Below are positions 1 through 10,323 of a stretch of 64,000 nt of DNA, piece by piece; the first letter of the stretch is position 1, and the number at the start of each line of letters is the position of its first letter. Made by a program: the position numbers and the translations under genes. The stretch covers positions 4,467 to 68,466 of the forward strand of contig NZ_JBFXGV010000006.1 of NCBI RefSeq assembly GCF_050177655.1. The letters run 5' to 3'. Source of the stretch: Paenirhodobacter sp. Its GTDB lineage: Bacteria > Pseudomonadota > Alphaproteobacteria > Rhodobacterales > Rhodobacteraceae. The notes under the pieces were generated by a model. That model worked only from the letters and a program-made list of their open reading frames with translations, made no database searches and had not been told where the DNA came from.

Positions 1-114
1 GCGCTCGGCATTCTCTGCGGCTCGGGCATCGCGCTTTACTTCGGCCTTGGCGCCGCGGTCGGCGTCTATGGCGCGGGCGAGCTCAAGTCGATGCTGCGCC
101 GCAAGCGGGCGTAA
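1..114 (+). CDS. partial CDS (3' end) of an upstream membrane protein
   Basis: The frame is open from position 1 to TAA at 112-114. It translates to ALGILCGSGIALYFGLGAAVGVYGAGELKSMLRRKRA, a hydrophobic helix followed by a basic tail. Its identity (possibly a MurJ-type flippase C-terminus) cannot be confirmed. Confidence 0.3.
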   Translation, partial: ALGILCGSGIALYFGLGAAVGVYGAGELKSMLRRKRA

Positions 115-117
115 GGA

Positions 118-801
118 TCAGCGGCGGCGCAGCCGGTCGAGCGTGCGCCGCCAGCCCCCCGGCCCGACGAGAAAGCTCATCCCGAAGCCCGCGGCAAAGC
201 CCGCGAATTCGGCAATCCAGTCCGGCGAGGCGCCGAAGATCGCGGCAAAGATCAGCTGCACCGCCGCGAGCATCCCGATCAGCGAAAACGCCTGCGCGCG
301 ATGCTGCGGCGTGCCCCCGACCCGCACCCAGAGGATCCAGGTGAAGGCGCCGATCAGCCCGTAGGCCCCGGGATAGGCGCCGTAAAGCGCGACCTGGGTG
401 AAGGGCATCGCGGCATAGACCAGCGCGCCGACCAGCGCGGAGACGAAGAACACCGCCGCCACCGCCCAGCCGCGGAAGATCTCGCCCACGAACTTGCCGA
501 GCGCGAGGATGAACACCCCCGCCATCGCCGCATGCGTCAGCGAGGCATGCACGAAGGAATAGGTGAAAAGCCGCGCCACCCCGCGCCAGGGCCACTGGTT
601 CTGCGCCACCATCCGGCGCAGCATCTCCGGATCGAAGGCGAAACGCTGCAACGCCTCGAGCCGCCAGGCCGTCGCCGCCTCTCCGGCAAGGCCGGCATGG
701 CCAAGGCCGAACAGGATCTCGCCAAGGATGATCGGCGCGACCAGCAGCCAGACCACGGGCGGCAGCGGGTTGATCGGATGTTCCTGGTAATCGTAGCGCA
801 T
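118..801 (-). CDS. rhomboid-family polytopic membrane protein (possibly catalytically inactive)
   Basis: The 227-aa protein has multiple hydrophobic helices. It has an FVHASLTHAAMAG motif (rhomboid TM2 HxxxxH-like) and GAYPGAYGLIGA where the rhomboid GxSGxxxGLxGA motif is expected. Confidence 0.55.
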   Translation of the reverse strand: MRYDYQEHPINPLPPVVWLLVAPIILGEILFGLGHAGLAGEAATAWRLEALQRFAFDPEMLRRMVAQNQWPWRGVARLFTYSFVHASLTHAAMAGVFILALGKFVGEIFRGWAVAAVFFVSALVGALVYAAMPFTQVALYGAYPGAYGLIGAFTWILWVRVGGTPQHRAQAFSLIGMLAAVQLIFAAIFGASPDWIAEFAGFAAGFGMSFLVGPGGWRRTLDRLRRR

Positions 802-892
802 GGGGCCTCCGGTTCCGGGGGTCCGGTTGACGCCCCGCGCGCTTTAGCGATAAGCCCTCGGCATCCGATTATCCAGCCCGGAGCCTTCCGCC

Positions 893-1936
893 ATGAGCGA
901 CCAGCCTGCAGACATCAACGCCGCCTTCAAACCGCGCATCTTTTCGGGGATCCAGCCGTCGGGTAACCTGACGCTCGGGAACTACCTCGGCGCGCTGAAG
1001 CGCTTTGCCCAGAAACAGGACGAGGGGATCGAGACGATCTATTGCCTCGTCGATCTGCACGCGGTCACCGTCTGGCAGGAGCCCGAGGCGCTCAAACGCC
1101 AGACGCGGGAGGCGGCCGCCGCCTTCATCGCCGCGGGGATCGACCCGGAGCGCTCGGTGCTCTTCAACCAAAGCCAGGTCTCGGCCCATGCGGAAATGGG
1201 CTGGCTCCTCAACTGTGTCGCGCGGATGGGCTGGATGAACCGCATGACGCAGTGGAAGGACAAGACCGCCGGCAAGAATGCCGAGGCGCAGTCGCTTGGC
1301 CTCTTTGCCTATCCGGCTCTGATGGCGGCCGACATCCTCGTCTATCACGCGACGATGGTGCCGGTGGGCGAGGATCAGAAGCAGCATGTCGAACTTACCC
1401 GCGACATCGCGGCGAAGTTCAACCATGACTACAAGGTCGATTTCTTCCCCGCCCCCGCACCGCTGATCGAGGGCGCCGCGACGCGGGTGATGAGCCTGCG
1501 CGACGGCTCGAAGAAGATGTCGAAATCCGACCCCTCGGATGCGAGCCGGATCAACCTGACCGACGATGCCGACACGATCGCGAAGAAGTTCCGCAAGGCG
1601 GTGACCGACCCGGCGCCGCTGCCCGAAACGCTCGAGGGCCTCGCGGAGCGGCCCGAGGCGCGCAACCTCGTGAACATCTACGCCGCGCTTTCGGACCAAA
1701 GCGCCGAGGCGGTGATCGCGGAATTCGGCGGTCAGGGCTGGGGCGTCTTCAAGCCCGCGCTCGCCGATCTCGCGGTGGCGAAGCTCGCGCCGATCTCGGC
1801 CGAGATGTCGCGGCTGATGAACGATCCGGCCGAAATCGACCGGATCCTGGGCAAGGGCGCCGAAAAGGCCGATGCGATCGCGCAGCCGGTGCTCGCGAAG
1901 ACGCTCGACATCATGGGCATGGTGCGCTCGCGCTGA
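893..1936 (+). CDS. trpS: tryptophan--tRNA ligase
   Basis: The 347-aa protein starts [19 protein letters not shown] (a class I HIGH-region equivalent) and has a KMSKS motif. Its length is typical of bacterial TrpRS. Confidence 0.95.
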   Translation: MSDQPADINAAFKPRIFSGIQPSGNLTLGNYLGALKRFAQKQDEGIETIYCLVDLHAVTVWQEPEALKRQTREAAAAFIAAGIDPERSVLFNQSQVSAHAEMGWLLNCVARMGWMNRMTQWKDKTAGKNAEAQSLGLFAYPALMAADILVYHATMVPVGEDQKQHVELTRDIAAKFNHDYKVDFFPAPAPLIEGAATRVMSLRDGSKKMSKSDPSDASRINLTDDADTIAKKFRKAVTDPAPLPETLEGLAERPEARNLVNIYAALSDQSAEAVIAEFGGQGWGVFKPALADLAVAKLAPISAEMSRLMNDPAEIDRILGKGAEKADAIAQPVLAKTLDIMGMVRSR

Positions 1937-1966
1937 GCGCCCCGGCAAGGGGCGCTGCGGCGCCCC
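1936..1966. terminator. overlapping GC hairpins between convergent trpS and the phosphatase gene
   Basis: AGCGCCCC-GGCAA-GGGGCGCT spans 1936-1956, and the overlapping GGGGCGC-TGCG-GCGCCCC spans 1949-1966. Confidence 0.5.
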
Positions 1967-2488
1967 TCACCGCCCCCGGTTCGAGGGGGTGAAGAATTCG
2001 AGCATCGCGCCCGAGCCGACGGTGACCTCGCGCCAGTCCTCCGCCTGGAACTCGACGATCAGCGTCGCACAGGTCGGATATTTGCGGAAATCGCCACTGT
2101 AGATCGGTTTCGCCGGCAGGCGCGCGGCGAATTCGGCGATCCCCGGGTTGTGCCCGATCATCATCACCGTCGGCGCGCTCGCCTGCGCCAGCGCCGCCAT
2201 CATCGCCTCCGGCGTCGCGTGGTAAAGCTCGGGCAGGTAGCGCAGCTCCGGCCGGGTCTCGAGCGCGGCGCGCGCCACCTCGTCCCAGGTCTCGCGGGTG
2301 CGCCGCGCCGAGGAGCAGAGCACCTCCTCCGGGTCATAGCCGCGCGAGGCGAGGAAATCGCCCAGCTCGCGCGCCGCCGCATGGCCGCGCGCGTTCAGCG
2401 GCCGGTCGATATCGGCCATGAGCGGGTCGTCCCAACTCGATTTCGCGTGCCGCGTGAGGATCAGGCGGCGGTATCCGGAAGGGGTCAT
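1967..2488 (-). CDS. histidine phosphatase family protein (SixA-like)
   Basis: It has the LILTRHAKSSWDD (RHG-type) motif. I chose the ATG at 2488 because it makes an ATGA overlap with the stop of the upstream gene. The track ORF extends to 2575. Confidence 0.75.
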   Translation of the reverse strand: MTPSGYRRLILTRHAKSSWDDPLMADIDRPLNARGHAAARELGDFLASRGYDPEEVLCSSARRTRETWDEVARAALETRPELRYLPELYHATPEAMMAALAQASAPTVMMIGHNPGIAEFAARLPAKPIYSGDFRKYPTCATLIVEFQAEDWREVTVGSGAMLEFFTPSNRGR

Positions 2489-3126
2489 CTGTGGAAGTGC
2501 CTCATGTGCCAGGCCGATTGCACCTCCAGCCTGCCATAGGTTTGCCCGATGGGGCAAGCGCGGCGCGCAAGACAACCGCGTTCAAGGCATTCCGCGCCCT
2601 CGGGCGTATCGAGAAAATCGTGGCAAAGCGGCACGTTGTAGCCCTCGCGCGACATCGCGCCGACCGGGCAGACCCGGGTGCAGGGCGCAGCGCAGGGCGC
2701 GCAGGGATCGGCGGCGGGCGCCACCTGCACCAAGGCCCCGGGCAGCGCCAGCGCGCCCCGGAACGAGGCCCAGAGCCCCATCCGCGCATGCGCCATCAGC
2801 CGCACCGGCGAGGAAACCGCCTGCCCCGAGCGCAGCGCCCAGGCGAAGAAGGGCTGATGCGGCGGCCCGCCAAAGGGGAAAAGCGCCCGCGCGCCCTGCT
2901 CCGCCGCGATCCGCCCGATCACCCGCTCCGACCAGCGGTCTAGCGGATCGGGCGCGCCATCGGCAAATTCCGGCGCCGCGGTGACATGCGCCCAGAAGCC
3001 CGGCTCGTCGGGGGAGAGGAGCGCGATCGTCTCCGCCCCCTCCGCCACCAGTCCCGACACGAAAAGGCGCTCCGCGGCCAGCGCGGCGCGCAGCGGCCCG
3101 GGCAGGCTCATCTCTGGCTGGCTCAC
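2485..3126 (-). CDS. Fe-S cluster-binding (ferredoxin-like) protein
   Basis: The 213-aa protein has Cys clusters [13 protein letters not shown] and [13 protein letters not shown]. The start is either GTG at 3126 (overlapping the argB stop) or ATG at 3111. Confidence 0.6.
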   Translation of the reverse strand: MSQPEMSLPGPLRAALAAERLFVSGLVAEGAETIALLSPDEPGFWAHVTAAPEFADGAPDPLDRWSERVIGRIAAEQGARALFPFGGPPHQPFFAWALRSGQAVSSPVRLMAHARMGLWASFRGALALPGALVQVAPAADPCAPCAAPCTRVCPVGAMSREGYNVPLCHDFLDTPEGAECLERGCLARRACPIGQTYGRLEVQSAWHMRHFHR

Positions 3127-4016
3127 CGCCGGCGCGGCTTCACCCGCGGCGAGGTCGATCGGATCATCGAACCCGCGCCATGTTCGGTGAAAAGCTCGAG
3201 CAGACAGGCGTTCGGCACGCGGCCATCAAGGATGACGACGGCGCGCACGCCCTCCTTCACCGCCTTGAGCGCCGTCTCGACCTTCGGGATCATCCCGCCC
3301 GAGATCGTGCCGTCCTCGATCAGCCCCTCGACCTCCTCGGGCGACATCTGGGTGATGACCTCGCCCGTCTTGTTCTTCACCCCGGCCACATCGGTGAGCA
3401 GGAGCAGGCGATCGGCCTGCAACGCCCCCGCGATCGCGCCCGCGGCAGTGTCGCCGTTGACGTTGAAGGTCTCGTTGTCGTTCACGCCGGTCGCGACCGG
3501 GGCGATCACCGGGATCAGCCCGGCGTTGTAAAGGTCGCGGATCACCTCGACGTTCATTTCCACCGGCCGGCCCACGAAGCCAAGCTCGGGATCGTCCGCC
3601 TCGCAGACCATCAGGTCGTCGTCCTTGCCCGAGATGCCGACGGCGCGCCCGCCCTGGTCGTTGATCGCCTGCACGATGCGCTTGTTCACAAGGCCCGAGA
3701 GGATCATTTCGACCACCTCGACGGTGGCCTTGTCGGTGACGCGCTTGCCGCGCACCCAGTCCGACTTGATGCCGAGCTTCGCGAGCATCTCGTTGATCAT
3801 CGGCCCGCCGCCATGCACGACGACCGGGTTCATGCCCACCTGTTTCATCAGCACGACGTCGCGCGCGAATTCCGCCATCGCGTCGTCGTCGCCCATCGCG
3901 TTGCCGCCGAATTTCACGACGACCACGGCGCCGGTGTAGCGCTGCAGGTAGGGAAGCGCCTCGGACAGCGTCCGGGCGGTGGCGATCCAGTCACGGTCCA
4001 TGGTCTGCTTTCTCAT
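3123..4016 (-). CDS. argB: acetylglutamate kinase
   Basis: The protein contains [25 protein letters not shown] and VVVHGGGP motifs. It is 297 aa. Confidence 0.95.
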   Translation of the reverse strand: MRKQTMDRDWIATARTLSEALPYLQRYTGAVVVVKFGGNAMGDDDAMAEFARDVVLMKQVGMNPVVVHGGGPMINEMLAKLGIKSDWVRGKRVTDKATVEVVEMILSGLVNKRIVQAINDQGGRAVGISGKDDDLMVCEADDPELGFVGRPVEMNVEVIRDLYNAGLIPVIAPVATGVNDNETFNVNGDTAAGAIAGALQADRLLLLTDVAGVKNKTGEVITQMSPEEVEGLIEDGTISGGMIPKVETALKAVKEGVRAVVILDGRVPNACLLELFTEHGAGSMIRSTSPRVKPRRR

Positions 4017-4152
4017 GATCTGCCCCCGGGAAAAGTCGGGAAAGTGTTAGAGCGATTTGCCCCCCCTGCCAAGGCCCGTCCGACCACGCGCGCCCGGGCT
4101 ATTGCCAAGGCCGCGCCGGGGTTTAGGTTGGGGCCAAAGATGAGGTGCGACG

Positions 4153-4884
4153 ATGGACGAACGCAAGGTGATGCTGCTGACGGGGGCGAGCCGGGGGATC
4201 GGCCATGCCACGGTGAAACGATTCGCGCGCGAGGGCTGGCGGATCATCACCTGTTCGCGCCAGCCCTTCCCCGAGGAATGCCCCTGGGGCGGCGGGCGCG
4301 AGGATCACATCCAGATCGACCTCGCCGATCCCTCGCGCACGATCGAGGCGATCGCCGAGATCCGCTCCCGCCTCGACGGCAAGCTGCACGCGCTGGTGAA
4401 CAACGCGGGCATCTCGCCCAAGGGGCCGGGCGGCAGCCGGCTCAACTCGATCGACACCGACCTGCGGACCTGGGGCCAGGTCTTCCACGTCAATTTCTTC
4501 GCGCCGATCGTGCTCGCCCGCGGGCTGAAGGAGGAGCTTTCGGCGACGCAGGGCGCGGTGGTCAACGTCACCTCGATCGCGGGCTCGCGCGTGCACCCCT
4601 TTGCCGGCGCCGCCTATGCCACCTCGAAGGCCGCGCTGAAGGCGCTCACCCGCGAGATGGCGCATGACTTCGGCCCCCTCGGCGTGCGGGTGAACGCGAT
4701 CGCGCCCGGCGAGATCGAGACCTCGATCCTCTCCCCCGGCACCGAAAAGATCGTCGAGACCCTGCCGCTGCGCCGCCTCGGCCAGCCGCGCGAGGTGGCC
4801 GACGTGATCTGGTTCCTCTGCACCGAGGCCTCGAGCTATGTCTCGGGCACCGAGATCGAGGTGAACGGCGGCCAGCACGTCTGA
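4153..4884 (+). CDS. SDR family oxidoreductase
   Basis: It has the TGASRGIG Rossmann motif, NNAG, and YATSKAA (YxxxK). Confidence 0.85.
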   Translation: MDERKVMLLTGASRGIGHATVKRFAREGWRIITCSRQPFPEECPWGGGREDHIQIDLADPSRTIEAIAEIRSRLDGKLHALVNNAGISPKGPGGSRLNSIDTDLRTWGQVFHVNFFAPIVLARGLKEELSATQGAVVNVTSIAGSRVHPFAGAAYATSKAALKALTREMAHDFGPLGVRVNAIAPGEIETSILSPGTEKIVETLPLRRLGQPREVADVIWFLCTEASSYVSGTEIEVNGGQHV

Positions 4885-4889
4885 CCGGC

Positions 4890-6191
4890 TCAGCCCGCCG
4901 CCTTCGCCTCGGCGCGCGGGTAAAGCCGCGCCATCGTCAGCCCCCGCGTCGCGTTGAGCACCATCAGCGCGGCCCAGAGCCCGTGGTTGCCGAAGGCCGG
5001 GATCAGCAGGCCCAGCGCCAGCGCGTAGACCGCGACCGACAGCAGCATCGCATTGCGCATCTCGCGCGTCAGCGTGGCACCGATGAAGATGCCGTCGAAC
5101 ATCCAGCTCGCGATGCCGATCGCGGGGGCGAGGGCGAGCCAGGGCAGGTAGATCCGCGCCGTCTCGCGCACCTCGGGCGCCGTCGTCATCAGGTCGATGA
5201 TCGCGGGCCCGGCGAGGAAGAAGACGGCGCCAAGCAGGAGCGCCCCGCCCACGCCCCATTGCGACGCAAGCCCCGCCGCGCGGCGCAGCTGTCGCACGGA
5301 ACGCGCGCCGACCGCCTGACCGACGAGGCTTTCGGCGGCAAAGGCGAAACCGTCGAGCGCATAGGCGGTGGTCTCGAGGAACTGCATCAGCACCTGGTTC
5401 GCGGCGAGCTTCACATCCCCCTGCCCCGCGCCGAGGAAGAGGAAGGCGGTGAAACTGCCCTGCAACGCGACCGAGCGGATCATGATGTCGGTGTTCACCC
5501 GCGCCATCTGCCTCAGCGGCGCCCGGGCAAGCACCGCGGCGCGGCTCAGCCCGGCGGCGAAGGCCCCGCGCGCCAGCCAGAGTGCCAGCGCAAATCCCGT
5601 CCATTCCGAGATCAGCGTGGCCGCGGCGACGCCCCGCACGCCCCAGCCGAGGCCCAGGACAAAGCCGAGATCGAGCCCCACGTTCAGCCCGTTCATCACC
5701 AGCTGCAGCACCAGCACCGCGCGGGTGCGCTCCACCGCGATCAGCCAGCCGGTGAAGGCGTAAAGCGAGATCGTCGCCGGCGCGCCCCAGATCCGCAGCG
5801 AAAGATACTGCCGCGCGAGGGTTTCCACCTCGGCCGAGGCGGGCGCGAGGCGGAACGCCGCCCAGAAGAGCGGTCCTTGCAACACGATCAGGCAAAGCCC
5901 CGCGGCCCAGGCGACGATCAGCGCGCGGGCAAGACCGGCGGCAACCTCGGTCGCGTCGCCCTGCCCCTTCGCCTGCGCGACAAGGCCGGTCGTGCCCATC
6001 CGCAGAAAACCGAAGACCCAGTAAGCGGAGGCCAGGATCACCGCGCCAAGCCCCACCGCCCCGATCGGCGCCGCCGCCCCGATCTGGCCGACGACGCCGG
6101 TGTCGACCGCGCCCAGAAGCGGCACCGTCGCATTCGACAGCACGATCGGCGCCGCGATGGAGAGCACGCGGCGATGGGTGATCTCAGCCAT
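4890..6191 (-). CDS. MATE family efflux transporter (DinF-like)
   Basis: The 433-aa protein looks like a 12-helix membrane protein. Its N-terminus (RRVLSIAAPIVLSNATVPLLGAVDTGVVG) is typical of MATE transporters. Confidence 0.85.
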   Translation of the reverse strand: MAEITHRRVLSIAAPIVLSNATVPLLGAVDTGVVGQIGAAAPIGAVGLGAVILASAYWVFGFLRMGTTGLVAQAKGQGDATEVAAGLARALIVAWAAGLCLIVLQGPLFWAAFRLAPASAEVETLARQYLSLRIWGAPATISLYAFTGWLIAVERTRAVLVLQLVMNGLNVGLDLGFVLGLGWGVRGVAAATLISEWTGFALALWLARGAFAAGLSRAAVLARAPLRQMARVNTDIMIRSVALQGSFTAFLFLGAGQGDVKLAANQVLMQFLETTAYALDGFAFAAESLVGQAVGARSVRQLRRAAGLASQWGVGGALLLGAVFFLAGPAIIDLMTTAPEVRETARIYLPWLALAPAIGIASWMFDGIFIGATLTREMRNAMLLSVAVYALALGLLIPAFGNHGLWAALMVLNATRGLTMARLYPRAEAKAAG

Positions 6192-6696
6192 GCGCCGCCG
6201 GATCGGGCATCAGGAAATGCCCCGTCGCCTGCGCGAAGGGCCGCGTGCGATTGTCCTGCCAGGCCTCGACATGCACGCTCGCATAGCGCCGGCCCGAGCG
6301 GTTCACCCGCGCCCGCGCATAGGCGTCGCGCGGCAGGCCGGACCGCAGGTAATCGACGGTGAAGTCGATCGTCTTCGGCAGCCGCGGCAGCACCGGCTCG
6401 GGCGCGGAAAGGTCGATCAGCCCGGCCTCGACATCCTCCCAGAGCATCGACCAGCTGAGTTCCACGATCGCCGAAACCTCGAGGAAGGCCGCCGTCACCC
6501 CGCCATGCAGCGCCGGCAGGAACGGGTTGCCGATCAGCTTTTCGTCGAAGGGCAGCACCGCGGTCAGCTCGTCGCCGCGGCGGTCGAATTCGATGCCGAG
6601 AAAGCGGATATAGGGCACGCCGGTGACCAGCGCGCTCAGCGCGGCATCGCGGCGCTGCTTCACCACCTGCACGGGTTCGGGCTTCGGCCGGCTCAT
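6184..6696 (-). CDS. PaaI-family (hotdog fold) thioesterase
   Basis: It has an LHGGVTAAFLEVSA motif and is 170 aa. Its 3' end overlaps the MATE gene start by 8 nt, and its start overlaps the stop of the upstream thioesterase gene (6693..7139) by 4 nt. Confidence 0.7.
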   Translation of the reverse strand: MSRPKPEPVQVVKQRRDAALSALVTGVPYIRFLGIEFDRRGDELTAVLPFDEKLIGNPFLPALHGGVTAAFLEVSAIVELSWSMLWEDVEAGLIDLSAPEPVLPRLPKTIDFTVDYLRSGLPRDAYARARVNRSGRRYASVHVEAWQDNRTRPFAQATGHFLMPDPAAHG

Positions 6697-7139
6697 TTCG
6701 CGCCCCCTTTCGGACGTTCGACGGTAAAGGCGCCGGTGGCGGTGGCGACGGGCAGCCCCGCCTCCTCGTCATGGGCGGTGGCGCGCAGAAAGGCCACGGT
6801 GCGGGTGATGTGATAGACCTCGGCGCGCGCGGTGATGCGCTGGCGCGGCGTCGCGGCGCGCATGTAGTCGATGCGCAGGTCGATCGTCGCGGTGGCGGTG
6901 GGCCCCTCCGGGTGGCTCATCACCGCCGCCCCGCAGCAGGTGTCCATCAAGGCCGAGACCGCCCCGCCATGGATCACCCCGGTGCGCGGATCGCCCACCA
7001 GCACCTCCGACCAGGGCATCGAGATCTCCGCCGCCCCGCCGCCCAGCGCATCGAGCCGCATCTCGAGCGCGCGCGCATGCGGGATCGCCGCGATGAACTG
7101 CCGCGCCGCCGAAAGTTTCAGATCGCCCGTGTCACTCAT
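6693..7139 (-). CDS. PaaI-family (hotdog fold) thioesterase
   Basis: It has a GVIHGGAVSALMDTCCG motif. I chose the ATG at 7139 (MSDTGDLK...). The upstream part of the track ORF is Arg/Gly-rich and unlikely to be coding. Confidence 0.75.
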   Translation of the reverse strand: MSDTGDLKLSAARQFIAAIPHARALEMRLDALGGGAAEISMPWSEVLVGDPRTGVIHGGAVSALMDTCCGAAVMSHPEGPTATATIDLRIDYMRAATPRQRITARAEVYHITRTVAFLRATAHDEEAGLPVATATGAFTVERPKGGAK

Positions 7140-7284
7140 CCTCGCCTCCGTTTGCCCGACGATGCCGCGCCCCGCGCCCCGGCGCAAGCGCCCCGCGCGG
7201 GCTTCGCCGTTACGTCGCCCCGCCCCGATATGCCGGTTGAACCCCTTCGGGCAAGGCGCTAGCTTCGCGCCAGGGGAGACCACC

Positions 7285-7653
7285 ATGCCCGACGTTCTGA
7301 CTTTCAAGGAAATGTGCGCGCGTTTCGACGTGACGCCGCGCACCCTGCGCTATTACGAGTATATCGAGTTGCTTTCGCCGCAGAAGGAGGGCCGCGCCCG
7401 CTTCTACGGCCCGCGCGAGATCGCCCGGATGACGCTGATCCTGCGCGGGCGCCGCTTCGGCTTCTCCCTCGAGGAGCTGCGGCAATGGCTGCAGATCTAC
7501 GACCAGAAGGGCACCGAGGCGCAGAACCGCGCCTGGATCGAGCTCGCCAATCGCCAGCTCGGCGTGCTGACGCAGCAGCGCGAAGACCTCGACGGCACCA
7601 TCGCCGATCTGCGCCAATTGCGTGACGACGTCGCGAAGATGCTTGATTCCTGA
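7285..7653 (+). CDS. MerR family transcriptional regulator
   Basis: The N-terminus [28 protein letters not shown] is a MerR HTH. A coiled-coil C-terminus follows. Start is the ATG at 7285. Confidence 0.85.
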   Translation: MPDVLTFKEMCARFDVTPRTLRYYEYIELLSPQKEGRARFYGPREIARMTLILRGRRFGFSLEELRQWLQIYDQKGTEAQNRAWIELANRQLGVLTQQREDLDGTIADLRQLRDDVAKMLDS

Positions 7654-7771
7654 CCCCGAAAGCGGTTCGAATTCGCCCGCCGGAGGGGAGCGATCCTCCT
7701 CTGCGGCGCCCGAATTTGCGATGGTTGCAGGTCACGAAATTTCTTAACCAGGCGGTCAGTTTTTCCTGACA

Positions 7772-7820
7772 TTACGTCAGCGTCACCGTGACGCCACGTT
7801 ACGGTGACGCGAACGTCAAC
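7772..7820. promoter_or_regulatory. cluster of CGTCA/TGACG repeats (candidate MerR operator)
   Basis: Five CGTCA/TGACG pentamers fall within 47 bp. They include the perfect palindrome GCGTCAC-C-GTGACGC (7780-7794). A second dyad, AATGTC-N6-GACATT, lies at 7830-7847. The cluster is just upstream of the second MerR gene. Confidence 0.35.
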
Positions 7821-7891
7821 TTTACTTGTAATGTCGGGGCGGACATTCGATCTCCCGCTCTGGCTTACGCAAGGAAACCGGGAGGCGCTCG

Positions 7892-8299
7892 ATGAGCGAG
7901 GATGTGATGACGATCCGCGAGATGTGCGATGCGTTCGATGTGACGCCGCGCACCTTGCGGTTCTACGAGGCGAAGGAGCTGCTGTTTCCGATCCGCGAGG
8001 GTCAGAAGCGGCTGTTCACCCGGCGCGACCGGGCGCGGCTGAAACTGATTTTGCGCGGCAAGCGCTTCGGCTTCAGCCTCGAGGACATTCGCCAGCTGCT
8101 GGACCTCTACAACATGGGGGATCAGCAGAAGACGCAATTGGCCGAGACGCTCAAGGTGGCGCGTCATCGGCTCGACGAGATGAAACGCCAGCGCGACGAA
8201 CTCGGTCAGGCGATCGAGGAGCTGGCGGAACAGATTGCCTGGGGCGAAGGCCAGATCGCCGGCGAGGAGCCGGGGGAGGGCGCGCCGCACCAGGCCTGA
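7892..8299 (+). CDS. MerR family transcriptional regulator (paralog of 7285..7653)
   Basis: [28 protein letters not shown] and [17 protein letters not shown] closely parallel the upstream MerR. The RBS is GGGAGG. Confidence 0.85.
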   Translation: MSEDVMTIREMCDAFDVTPRTLRFYEAKELLFPIREGQKRLFTRRDRARLKLILRGKRFGFSLEDIRQLLDLYNMGDQQKTQLAETLKVARHRLDEMKRQRDELGQAIEELAEQIAWGEGQIAGEEPGEGAPHQA

Positions 8300-8321
8300 G
8301 ACTGGCTCAAGGGAGAGGACT

Positions 8322-10097
8322 ATGACGAGCTATACCGCCAATACCCGCGACATGCAGTTCCTGCTGCACGAGGTTCTGAAGGTTTCCGAGGCCGGGCTGC
8401 CCGGCTACGACGACCTTGAACGCGACTTCACCGAACAGGTGCTCGACGCCGCCGGCAAGGTGGCCTCCGAGGTGCTCGAACCGCTGAACGCGGTGGGCGA
8501 CAAGGAAGGCTGCGTGCTCGAAAACGGCATCGTGCGCACGCCGAAGGGCTTCAAGGAGGCCTTCGAAGCGATGAAGGAGGGCGGCTGGACCGCGCTCGAC
8601 TGCGACCCGGAGTATGGCGGTCAGGGCATGCCCTATCTGCTCAACTGCGCGGTGGGCGAGATCTTCGTCTCGGCCAACATGGCCTTCAACATGTATCAGG
8701 GCCTGACCCATGGCGCCTATTCGGCGATCCACGCCCATGGCACCGCCGAGCAGAAGGCGACCTATCTGCCGAAGATGGTCAGCTGCGACTGGACCGGCAC
8801 GATGAATCTGACCGAGCCGCATTGCGGCACGGATCTGGGCCTCTTGCGCACCAAGGCGGAACCGCAGGACGACGGCTCCTACAAGATCACCGGCCAGAAG
8901 ATCTTCATCTCGGCGGGCGATCACGACATGGCCGAGAACATCATCCACCTCGTCCTTGCCAAGGCGCCCGGCGGCGGCGAGGGCACGAAGGGGATCTCGC
9001 TCTTCATCGTGCCGAAGTTCCTGGTGAACGCGGATGGCTCGCTCGGCGCGCGCAACCCGGTCTCCGTCGGCATGCTCGAAGAGAAGATGGGCATCCACGG
9101 CAATTCGACCTGCGTGATGAACTATGACGGTGCGACCGGCTGGCTCCTTGGCGATCTGCACAAGGGCATGCGCGCGATGTTCACGATGATGAACGAGGCG
9201 CGTCTGGGCGTCGGCCTGCAGGGCTATGCCGTGGGCGAGGCCGCCTATCAGAACGCGCTCGCCTATGCGAAGGACCGCCTGCAGGGCCGCGCCGTGACCG
9301 GTGTCGCCAACCCCACGGGCGCCGCCGATCCGCTGATCGTGCACCCCGACATCCGCCGCTCGCTGATGGATCAGAAGAGCTTCCTCGAGGGCGCCCGCGC
9401 CTTCACCTTCTGGGGCGCCTCGCTGATCGACCGCGCGCATCTCGCCGATGACGCCGCGGCCGAGGGGCTGATCTCGCTGATGACCCCGGTCATCAAGGGC
9501 TTCCTCACCGACAAGGGCTTCGAGACCGCGGTGCTCGCGCAGCAGGTCTATGGTGGCCACGGCTACATCGAGGAACAGGGCATGTCGCAATTCACCCGCG
9601 ACGCCCGGATCACGATGATCTACGAGGGCGCGAACGGCGTGCAGGCGCTCGATCTGGTGGGCCGCAAGCTCGCGCAGGACGGCGGCAAGCATGTGATGGC
9701 CTTCTTCGAGATGGTGAAGGCCGAGTGCAAGGCGCATGACGCCGACGACCGGATGAAGCCCTTCACCGACGCGCTCAAGACCGCCTCGAAGCAGCTGCAG
9801 GCGGCGGGGATGTTCTTCATGCAGAACGGCATGAAGAACCCGAACGCGGCGCTCTCGGGCAGCTACGACTTCATGCATCTGATGGGGCATGTCTGCCTTG
9901 GCCTGATGTGGACGCGGATGGCCGCGGCGGCCCATGCCGCGCTCGACGCCGGCGCCTCGGACAAGGCCTTCTACGAGGGCAAGATCGCGACCGGGCGCTA
10001 CTACATGGCGCGCCAGCTGCCCGCCTGTGCGATGCACCTCGCCCGCATCGAGAGCGGGGCCGAGCCGGTGATGGCGCTCGACGTCGAGCAGTTCTGA
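8322..10097 (+). CDS. large acyl-CoA dehydrogenase (about 590 aa class with C-terminal extension)
   Basis: The N-terminus is [19 protein letters not shown]. It has [14 protein letters not shown] and [16 protein letters not shown] motifs. The ATG at 8322 follows GGGAGAGG. Confidence 0.9.
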   Translation: MTSYTANTRDMQFLLHEVLKVSEAGLPGYDDLERDFTEQVLDAAGKVASEVLEPLNAVGDKEGCVLENGIVRTPKGFKEAFEAMKEGGWTALDCDPEYGGQGMPYLLNCAVGEIFVSANMAFNMYQGLTHGAYSAIHAHGTAEQKATYLPKMVSCDWTGTMNLTEPHCGTDLGLLRTKAEPQDDGSYKITGQKIFISAGDHDMAENIIHLVLAKAPGGGEGTKGISLFIVPKFLVNADGSLGARNPVSVGMLEEKMGIHGNSTCVMNYDGATGWLLGDLHKGMRAMFTMMNEARLGVGLQGYAVGEAAYQNALAYAKDRLQGRAVTGVANPTGAADPLIVHPDIRRSLMDQKSFLEGARAFTFWGASLIDRAHLADDAAAEGLISLMTPVIKGFLTDKGFETAVLAQQVYGGHGYIEEQGMSQFTRDARITMIYEGANGVQALDLVGRKLAQDGGKHVMAFFEMVKAECKAHDADDRMKPFTDALKTASKQLQAAGMFFMQNGMKNPNAALSGSYDFMHLMGHVCLGLMWTRMAAAAHAALDAGASDKAFYEGKIATGRYYMARQLPACAMHLARIESGAEPVMALDVEQF

Positions 10098-10122
10098 GAA
10101 CGAGCAGACTGGAAATGAGAGC

Positions 10123-10148
10123 GGCGCCCTAAGGGGCGCCGTTTGGTT
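10123..10148 (+). terminator. rho-independent terminator of the acyl-CoA dehydrogenase gene
   Basis: The hairpin GGCGCCC-TAAG-GGGCGCC is followed by GTTTGGTT. Confidence 0.6.
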
Positions 10149-10323
10149 CGGGGATGGCGTTTCGCGGCCCCACAGTGAAATACGGGAGACAGACAAGAGG
10201 CGTCTCACTAATAGATATAGCGCTGAAAACACTTCGGTGCTTACGGCTTTAGACAAGCACGTCGACGCTGCGCGAATTGCCGAGGGTCATGGTGGAACTG
10301 GTGCAGCCATCAGTTAACGCCTA

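Noticed and set aside
4123-6362. A 590-aa minus-strand ORF (4123..5895) and a 459-aa plus-strand ORF (4983..6362) overlap the SDR and MATE genes.
   Set aside because: They are frame-shifted shadows of the SDR and MATE genes, with low-complexity Arg/Gly/Ala translations and no motifs.
7660-7690. GGTTCGAAT looks like a tRNA T-loop.
   Set aside because: The flanking bases do not form a T-stem, and no acceptor, D or anticodon arms can be drawn. I found no tRNA-like cloverleaf anywhere in the window.
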